The translations under genes and the position numbers were made by a program. A DNA stretch of 64,000 nucleotides from Acidobacteriota bacterium (GTDB taxonomy: Bacteria; Acidobacteriota; UBA890; WLXD01): NCBI GenBank assembly GCA_029263295.1, contig JAJCXT010000008.1, positions 3,825-67,824 on the forward strand, given 5' to 3'. Below are positions 57,603 to 64,000 of the stretch, one piece after another. The notes under the pieces are model-generated. The model made no database searches, was not told where the DNA came from, and saw only the letters and a program-made list of their open reading frames with translations. The first letter of the stretch is position 1. Every line of letters starts with the position of its first letter.

Positions 57603-57926
57603 ATGCCCGGGAAGTTCCTTGCTGAATTCGAACTCTATGTGATGCTAGCCGTCGCCCGTCTGGGCGACGATGCCTACGGCGCGGCCATCCGCGACGAGAT
57701 CGAGGGGCGCGTGAGCCGTCCCGTGTCGATCGGCGCCCTGTACGCCACGCTGCACCGACTCGGTAGCAAGCAACTCGTGCGTTTCGAGGAAGAATCCGAC
57801 AGCGGAAGGTCCGGACGCGCCCGCAAGTACGTCCACTTGACCCCCGAGGGGCGCGAGGCTCTGGAGCATTCCAGCGCGATGCTGCACCGCATGATGGATG
57901 GAGTGACGGTCGGAGGTCAGCGATGA
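57603..57926 (+). CDS. PadR family transcriptional regulator (second subtype)
   Basis: LAEFELYVMLAV..AYGAAI..SIGALYATLHRL..GRARKY. Confidence 0.9.
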   Translation: MPGKFLAEFELYVMLAVARLGDDAYGAAIRDEIEGRVSRPVSIGALYATLHRLGSKQLVRFEEESDSGRSGRARKYVHLTPEGREALEHSSAMLHRMMDGVTVGGQR

Positions 57927-60649
57927 ACACCCCTGGAACGCCACAGCACTGGGCCGCCCTGTTACGACTGGTCTTGCATCCCGATGATCGCCGCTACGCG
58001 TTGTCGGATCTCGAGGACGGCTTCGCCCGTCGCGCAGCCGAGACTGACGCCCGCAGCGCAGGCGCCTGGTACAGGCGCCAGGTGTTCCGGTCGATCGCCC
58101 CAGCCCTGGGCAGCCGCTGGTCACGTCGGCCACGGCTGGTCGCGCTCGCCTTCGACGACCTGCGCTTCGCCCTGCGCTCGTTGGCCAAGACGCCGGTCGT
58201 CGCCCTGGTCGTAGTGACGTCCCTGGCGGTCGGGATCGGCGCCACGACTGCCGTGTTCTCAGCGGCCAACGCCTTCCTGCTGCGGCCCGCGAGCGCGGCG
58301 ATCGCGGACCCCGACCAGCTGGTCACGATGTTCACGAGCGATAACGCCGGCGGGCTGTACGGCCGCAACTCGGTGCTCGACGCGCAGGAGGTAGACGCGG
58401 CAACCGAGGCGTTCTCGGGTCTGGCCACGCACAGGATCGGGGTAGTGGAGATCGAGGGCAGAGACTGGGTCCGCAGCTCGATGATCGAGATCGTCAGCGG
58501 CAACTACTTCGACGTCCTCGGCGTGCGTGTCGGCATGGGCCGTGGGTTCACGCCAGAGGAGACGAAGTTCGGCTCCGCTGAGCGCGTTGTCATCATCAGC
58601 GCGCGCCTCTGGAACGACCAGTTCGGCGGCGATCCGGCGGCGATCGGCAACACCGTCATCCTCGACGGAGCGCCGTTCACGGTGATCGGCGTCGCCCCGG
58701 TCGAGTTGCGTAGCCGCTTTATGGCTTTCGAGGTCGACGCATGGGTGCCGATCGGAATTCCCGGCGGCGTGTTCATTTCGAACGAAGCCGAATGGAGCGG
58801 CCGTGGGAACCGCGACCACGGCGTCGTGGCGCGGCTAGTTCCGGGTGCTTCCATGGAGCAGGCAAGCGCACAGCTCGACGTCATCGCAGCCCGGCTTCAC
58901 TCCGAGTACCGCGACGACTGGGAAGATCAGCGCTCGCAGGCGCGGCAATTCACGCTCCTCGACGAGCGCGCCGCACGAGTTCCGCCCGATACCGCCACCG
59001 CCATGACGGCGGTGAGCACGATCTTCGTGCTGGCCGCGGGGCTACTTCTGGCGGTCGCCTGCTTCAACGTGGCCGGGATCATGCTCGCCAGAGCCGACGC
59101 GCGACGCCAGGAGATGGCCATTCGCCTGGCACTCGGAGCGCGACGCCGGCGGATCGCCGGACTACTGCTAGTCGAGTCACTGATTCTCGCCGCCGTGGCC
59201 TGCGTCGGAGGAATCGTGCTGGCAAAGCAGCTGGTGGGCAGGTTCAGTCAGGTATCGCTGCCCATCGCGAACCTCGTGGTGCGCTTCGACGTCGGGATCG
59301 ACGGACGCGTGCTGACATTCGCCCTCGTGACCGCGGTGCTGACGAGCGTGGCCTTTGGCATGGTGCCCGCATGGCGAGGCGCTCGGCCGGACCTCGTACC
59401 TGCACTGAAGGGACTGCGTACCACCCGAACAGGAGCGCGCCGGCGCTTGAGCTTCCGCGGCGCCCTCGTCCTCGGTCAGGTTGCCGTCGCAATGATCTTC
59501 GTGGTCGGGGCTGGCACGACGCTGAGCAGCTTCACGGAACTCATGGCGATGGATTGGGGGGTCGAGGTGGAAGGTCTGGCCGTGATGACCAAAGACATGC
59601 CCGCCGACACCACCTTTGAGGCGCGGGCCGCGGAGTACGCCACCCTGCTGCAACAGGTCGGCGAGCGGCCTGAGATCTCCGACGTGCAGATCGCTTCGGC
59701 GGTCGAGGGTACGAGCTTCGCCTTCGATAACGGGGCCGACGTGGCGCCGTTCGGCTACGAGCGCGCGCCGGGCGAGTCGATGCGCATCTCGGTCAACGCC
59801 GTAACGCCGGGCTACTTCGAGCTCCTGCAGATCCGGATGCTGTCAGGCCGGACGTTCACGGCGGCCGACCACTCGGACGCCGATCGGGTTGCGATCGTGA
59901 ACGAGTCCTTCGCGCAGCGATTCTGGCCCGACAGTTCGGCTCTGGGCCGCCAGTTCAAGATCGGGCAGTTTGCCGAAGAAGGCGGTGACAGCATGCGCGC
60001 CGACGGCAACACCTACACGGTGATCGGCCTTGCGGCAGACGCCAAGTATCAAGGGTTCGAAGGGACCGAGTCCGAGTTCTTCTGGACCGCTCTACTGCAG
60101 GAGCCACCGGCGCGCGCGATGGTGGTGGCGCGTGCCTACGGCGGCGTCGACGAGGCGATCGAGAGTCTTCGCGAGGTGATTCCGGCCGACGCGCGCGGCG
60201 TGATGATGATCCCGCCGGGCCGCCTGGTGGACCTGCGCGACTTCCAATTCGCCTTCCTACGGGTAATGGCACGATTCCTGGCCGCGGCGGGCGCCTTCGG
60301 CCTGATGCTCGCCACGATGGGCTTGTACGGAACCGTGGCCTTCGCGGTGGCCCAGCGCGCACGAGAGATGGCCATCCGCCAGGCGATTGGTGCCCTGCCG
60401 CAACAGGTCGTCAATCAAGTGTTCCACAGCGGTCTGCGGCTCGCGCTAGGCGGGCTTGTGTTGGGGACCCTCATCGTCGTGCCACTGGCGGCACTGCTGC
60501 GAGCCGATCTCCACGGGGTGGCCCCCGTCGAGCCCCTCGGACTCGCGGTCGGCGCCGTGCTTGTGTTCCTCGCGACCGCTGCCGCGAGCTACATCCCGGC
60601 GCTACGAATGACACGGGTCGCGCCGGTCGAGTCGCTGCGCGCCGACTGA
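57923..60649 (+). CDS. ADOP-type duplicated ABC transporter permease
   Basis: ATGA overlap with padR; DLRFALRSL, LAVGIGATTAVFS, VACFNVA, RRQEMAIRLALGA, RAREMAIRQAIGA. Confidence 0.92.
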   Translation: MNTPGTPQHWAALLRLVLHPDDRRYALSDLEDGFARRAAETDARSAGAWYRRQVFRSIAPALGSRWSRRPRLVALAFDDLRFALRSLAKTPVVALVVVTSLAVGIGATTAVFSAANAFLLRPASAAIADPDQLVTMFTSDNAGGLYGRNSVLDAQEVDAATEAFSGLATHRIGVVEIEGRDWVRSSMIEIVSGNYFDVLGVRVGMGRGFTPEETKFGSAERVVIISARLWNDQFGGDPAAIGNTVILDGAPFTVIGVAPVELRSRFMAFEVDAWVPIGIPGGVFISNEAEWSGRGNRDHGVVARLVPGASMEQASAQLDVIAARLHSEYRDDWEDQRSQARQFTLLDERAARVPPDTATAMTAVSTIFVLAAGLLLAVACFNVAGIMLARADARRQEMAIRLALGARRRRIAGLLLVESLILAAVACVGGIVLAKQLVGRFSQVSLPIANLVVRFDVGIDGRVLTFALVTAVLTSVAFGMVPAWRGARPDLVPALKGLRTTRTGARRRLSFRGALVLGQVAVAMIFVVGAGTTLSSFTELMAMDWGVEVEGLAVMTKDMPADTTFEARAAEYATLLQQVGERPEISDVQIASAVEGTSFAFDNGADVAPFGYERAPGESMRISVNAVTPGYFELLQIRMLSGRTFTAADHSDADRVAIVNESFAQRFWPDSSALGRQFKIGQFAEEGGDSMRADGNTYTVIGLAADAKYQGFEGTESEFFWTALLQEPPARAMVVARAYGGVDEAIESLREVIPADARGVMMIPPGRLVDLRDFQFAFLRVMARFLAAAGAFGLMLATMGLYGTVAFAVAQRAREMAIRQAIGALPQQVVNQVFHSGLRLALGGLVLGTLIVVPLAALLRADLHGVAPVEPLGLAVGAVLVFLATAAASYIPALRMTRVAPVESLRAD

Positions 60650-60706
60650 CCCGCCGATTCTCGCCGTGCTCTGGCGACTAGCAGTCCGTGCTGGAACCAC
60701 GGGCTG

Positions 60707-61165
60707 CTAGAGCCAGCGGCGGACCTTGCCCCGATACTCGTCGTACTCATCGCCGAACCGCTCGATGAGCATCTCCTCTTCCAGGGCGATGAACTGCGAA
60801 GAGATGATCCAGTGGAACCCGACGATCGGCAGAAACGCCGTGAGGTTCCCGAACCAGATAGCGCTACCGGTCAGCGCGATGAGCATCGACGCGTAGATCG
60901 GGTTACGACTCCATCGATACGGGCCGCGGATGATCAACGACTCCGAGACGTGGCCCGGCTCGATGGTTGTCCCGCTGCGATGGAATAGACCGCCGCAGTA
61001 GAGGATCAGGACGAAGCCGGCGCCAACCAGGGCGAGACCGACGGATGACCAAGTCCCTCCGAGCAGTTGGGGCCCGGGAAGCAGTCTCCAGAGAGCGTAT
61101 TGCATGCCGATCGTGAACAGCGCCCAGACCGGCGGAAACAGCGGCGTGCGGCGACGTTCGCTCAC
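60707..61165 (-). CDS. Isoprenylcysteine carboxylmethyltransferase/PEMT family membrane methyltransferase
   Basis: LIIRGPYRWSRNPIY, EEEMLIERFGDEYDEY, VRRWL. Confidence 0.88.
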   Translation of the reverse strand: MSERRRTPLFPPVWALFTIGMQYALWRLLPGPQLLGGTWSSVGLALVGAGFVLILYCGGLFHRSGTTIEPGHVSESLIIRGPYRWSRNPIYASMLIALTGSAIWFGNLTAFLPIVGFHWIISSQFIALEEEMLIERFGDEYDEYRGKVRRWL

Positions 61166-61222
61166 GACCGACTCCAGGTCCGGCGAGCCATGGGTTCGTA
61201 GCGACTGGCAGGCGACAGCCCG

Positions 61223-61618
61223 TCAGCGATGAGCTACGCGCGAACCGGAGCGCGCGATGAGCGCCTCTTCGTCCATGAAGACGAACTCAGACGACACCAC
61301 CGAGACGAACCCGGCGATCGGCAGGATGCCCGTGAGCGTTCCGAACCACAGGGCAGCGCCGGCGAGACACGTCAGCATGGCCAGACAGATCGGACTCCTG
61401 GTCCAACAATGAGCCGCGTCGGCTGCCGCCATGGCATGCCTCGAGACGTACGCAAGACCTGCAGCGCCACCGATCAGGAGGGCGAGGCCGACCCAACTCT
61501 GGGCTGCGCCCAGGGCGATCGTAGGGCCGGGCAGCAACGTCCAGAGGATCCACTGCTGCACCAGCGCGACCGCGAACCACGCGGTCGGCATAACTGACTG
61601 TCGGGGGGCTTCCTTCAC
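61223..61618 (-). CDS. Degenerate ICMT/PEMT paralogue (non-catalytic protein or decaying gene)
   Basis: Colinear with the adjacent gene (LWxLLPGP, VGLAL, WFG.LT..LPI.GF, EE.LI.R.G) but lacks the GPY loop, has RNPIY changed to RSPIC, and lacks the C-terminal Y..Y..RW. Confidence 0.6.
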   Translation of the reverse strand: MKEAPRQSVMPTAWFAVALVQQWILWTLLPGPTIALGAAQSWVGLALLIGGAAGLAYVSRHAMAAADAAHCWTRSPICLAMLTCLAGAALWFGTLTGILPIAGFVSVVSSEFVFMDEEALIARSGSRVAHR

Positions 61619-61654
61619 TATCCAAACTCCGAGGGGGCTAACTGAAGAAAGCAT

Positions 61655-61716
61655 CTTAACCTTTTCTTCACATTCTTAACAAGTCCTTAACTCGGGTTTC
61701 TTAACAGGTCCTTAAC
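61655..61716. promoter_or_regulatory. Array of CTTAAC-N5-CTTAAC direct repeats (OmpR/PhoB-family box-like)
   Basis: Hexamers at 61655/61666 (second is CTTCAC), 61675/61686 and 61700/61711, each pair 11 bp apart. Confidence 0.65.
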
Positions 61717-61746
61717 CCCGACCTGATCGCGATCGACCAGGACATC

Positions 61747-61792
61747 TTCAAAATCGGCACGCACAGGATTTCAAAATCGGCACGCACAGGAT
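61747..61792. repeat. Perfect 23-bp tandem duplication
   Basis: TTCAAAATCGGCACGCACAGGAT x2 (61747-61769, 61770-61792). Confidence 0.9.
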
Positions 61793-61917
61793 CGGGAAGA
61801 GGCGTGTGCTTCTGACTATGCTTGAGGCTGACGAGATCTATCGGGCTCCGAGTTTCCCCGTTCGCACGGGGCGCGAACCTGGAACCTGGACCTGGCCGAC
61901 CCGGCACGGAGACCACT

Positions 61918-62610
61918 ATGACCAGACGAGTCGCACCGCTCGCCGTCCTGTTCGTTCTGCTCGGCTCCCCACTCGCAGCGCAGGAAGCTTCGCTGGTGGC
62001 CTCCGGCACAGGCACCGTACAGCTGACTCCAGATCGCGCCACGTTGTCGGTGGCCATCGAGAGCCGCGCACCGGAGGCAAGTGACGCCAGCGCACGCAAC
62101 GCCGGGGTTGTCGAGAGCGTGCGTGCCGCCCTGGGCGCACGAGGGATCGGTGCGGATGACATCACCACGGCGCACTACAACGTCAGGGAGGACTGGCGTC
62201 GCAAGGACGGCGAGCGGGTGCGCGACGGCTACGTGGCCGAGACCATGTTGCGAATCGCCCTCGACGACATCACGACCGCTGGCGAAGCCATCGATGCCGC
62301 CCTCGCCGCGGGTGCCAATCGCATCGATGGTGTCCAGTTCAGTTCCAGCCGCGCCGATGACGCACGGCGCGAGGCCATTGCACTTGCCGTGCAGGATGCG
62401 ATAGGCACCGCGGAGGCGATGGCCATCGCTGCGGGCGGGGGCCTCGGCGCTCTGATCGAACTCACCACCGAGGGCGCGACCCGACCCTTGGTCGCCCTGC
62501 GTGCCATGCGCACAGAAGTCGCCTACTCCGACGCGCCCACCGAGATCACACCGGGCGACCTGACGGTGACAGCCCGCGTGGTTGGTCGCTGGATGTACGA
62601 CGGGAACTAG
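61918..62610 (+). CDS. SIMPL domain (DUF541/YggE-like) periplasmic protein
   Basis: GGAG RBS; signal peptide; GTGTVQLTPDRA, AGANRIDGVQF, AVQDA..AEAMA, PGDLTVTARV. Confidence 0.9.
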   Translation: MTRRVAPLAVLFVLLGSPLAAQEASLVASGTGTVQLTPDRATLSVAIESRAPEASDASARNAGVVESVRAALGARGIGADDITTAHYNVREDWRRKDGERVRDGYVAETMLRIALDDITTAGEAIDAALAAGANRIDGVQFSSSRADDARREAIALAVQDAIGTAEAMAIAAGGGLGALIELTTEGATRPLVALRAMRTEVAYSDAPTEITPGDLTVTARVVGRWMYDGN

Positions 62611-62667
62611 AGGCGCTCGGCGGAAGGCAGGCTCGCCCCCCTTTGGGTTCGGGTTCGTCTATCGCTA

Positions 62668-64000
62668 TCAGTCGGCCCGCAGTGCCTCGGTTGGATCGAC
62701 GCGCGCCGCGCGCCGTGCCGGCAGCACGCTGGCCACGATCGCCGCGCCGACCAGGAGCGAGGTCACCCCCAGCAAGACCTCTGGCTCCAGGGGGCTGACC
62801 CCGTATACGAGCCCGGCCAGCAAACGGGTAACCAGCAGCGACAACCCCGTTCCAATGACCACGCCCAAGAAGGTCATCCTCGCGCCCGATGCCACAACAT
62901 CGCGGATGACATCGCGAGAGGTCGCTCCGAGCGCCAGACGCACACCCATCTCACGCGTTCGCCGGGCAACGGAGTGCGCGATGACGGCGTACACGCCGAA
63001 CACGGCGAGCACCAGCGCCATCGCACCGAACATCCCGAAAGACTGCCCCATCGCCCGCTCGCCCCAGGAGTTGAAGGCACGGCGCTCGGTCATGGTCATG
63101 ATGTCGAAGGGTGCCTGGCCGGGATCGAGGGATCCAACCGCCGCACGGACGGGGTCGAGCAACTCCGCTGGAGCGCCGCGGCCGCGCGCCAAGATCGCCA
63201 TCGACCGCCACGCGACGCGGGGGTACGGAAGATGCACCTGCATGCGCGCGGACAGGGTATCTTCGCCGAATTCCTCGTACTGCAGGTTCGGCACCACGCC
63301 AATGATCTTGTACTCGGAGCCCGACGCTGTGAAGCGCAGCTGCTCTCCCACGGCGGATCGACCTGGCCATAACCGTCGCGCCAGTGACTCGCCGACGATC
63401 ACGACGCCCTGATCGCCAGTACTCGACTCCACCCCGCTGAAGTCGCGACCCTCGATGAATTCGATGCCGAGCGTTGCGAAGAACCCCGCGGTGGACGGCA
63501 CCGCGTTGGCGTACATCGCTTCGTCGTCGCTAAGCTGACCGCCGACCGGCACCAGCGCGACGTCCGCGCCTCCGTCATCAGCCGGGATCGCACCGGTTGC
63601 CGCCGCGATCTCCACTTCTGGCAGCGCCATGAGGCGCTGTCGCAGCTGCTCGAAGTAGGCGGAACGAGCCTGTGGATCGTCGTACTGGTCTCCCGACAGG
63701 CCAATCCGCAGTGACAACAGGGGCTGGTGATCGAAACCGGGATCGGCGCTCTGCACCTGCAGAAAACTGCGGATCATCAGAGTCGCCCCGACGAGGAGCA
63801 CGACTGCGAGCGCTACCTGCGCCACGACAAGCGCCGCCCGCATGGAGCCCCGAGATGACACCGCGCCGCGTCCCGAGGCGCGCAGGCCAGCACTCATCTG
63901 GTTGCCCGTGACCCGGACTGCCGGAAGGATTCCGAACAGGAGCGCCGTCCCCACGGCGATTCCCACCGCGTACATCAGAGCAGTGCCATCGAGACCGACA
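62668..64000 (-). CDS. ADOP-type ABC permease, 5' part outside the window
   Basis: LVVAQVALAVVLLVGA, RRTREMGVRLALGA, PARRAARVDPTEALRAD; the frame is open to the window edge. Confidence 0.9.
   Translation of the reverse strand, partial: VGLDGTALMYAVGIAVGTALLFGILPAVRVTGNQMSAGLRASGRGAVSSRGSMRAALVVAQVALAVVLLVGATLMIRSFLQVQSADPGFDHQPLLSLRIGLSGDQYDDPQARSAYFEQLRQRLMALPEVEIAAATGAIPADDGGADVALVPVGGQLSDDEAMYANAVPSTAGFFATLGIEFIEGRDFSGVESSTGDQGVVIVGESLARRLWPGRSAVGEQLRFTASGSEYKIIGVVPNLQYEEFGEDTLSARMQVHLPYPRVAWRSMAILARGRGAPAELLDPVRAAVGSLDPGQAPFDIMTMTERRAFNSWGERAMGQSFGMFGAMALVLAVFGVYAVIAHSVARRTREMGVRLALGATSRDVIRDVVASGARMTFLGVVIGTGLSLLVTRLLAGLVYGVSPLEPEVLLGVTSLLVGAAIVASVLPARRAARVDPTEALRAD

Noticed and set aside
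61655-61792. Possible CRISPR array
   Set aside because: The repeats are short or directly tandem, with no unique spacers of regular length and no cas genes.
61754-61795. Sigma54 promoter (CGGCAC)
   Set aside because: No GC at the -12 position at the required spacing.

Overview
GC-rich bacterial chromosomal DNA with about 50 protein-coding genes. It is most likely Acidobacteriota, inferred from three PadR + duplicated orphan ABC permease (ADOP-type) pairs plus a fourth partial permease, four PQQ-like beta-propellers and two VPS10/BNR propellers. I see no rRNA, tRNA, CRISPR array, transposase, integrase or phage structural gene. Recognisable housekeeping-type genes are dut, a divergent UvrD/PcrA helicase, tpx, map, an SDR, an M20 hydrolase and a VOC protein. 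The best candidates for undescribed biology are: (1) a tightly coupled operon of PilV/PilW/PilX-like minor pilins, a lipoprotein and a GspG-like pilin that ends in a membrane HAMP-GAF-HD-GYP phosphodiesterase, with no assembly machinery and a structured leader; (2) a ~146-nt rod-like RNA candidate on the minus strand at 20968-21113, whose stem mismatches all resolve as G-U pairs; (3) an orphan GriC/GriD (EhpF/EhpG)-like carboxylate-reductase pair; (4) three tandem membrane-fusion proteins with an ATPase-less MacB-type permease; (5) two cases of an enzyme beside a non-catalytic paralogue; and (6) several palindromic or direct-repeat intergenic elements. Product calls come from motif recognition by eye, not database searches, and many start codons were moved downstream of the ORF-track starts using RBS, signal peptide or gene overlap.
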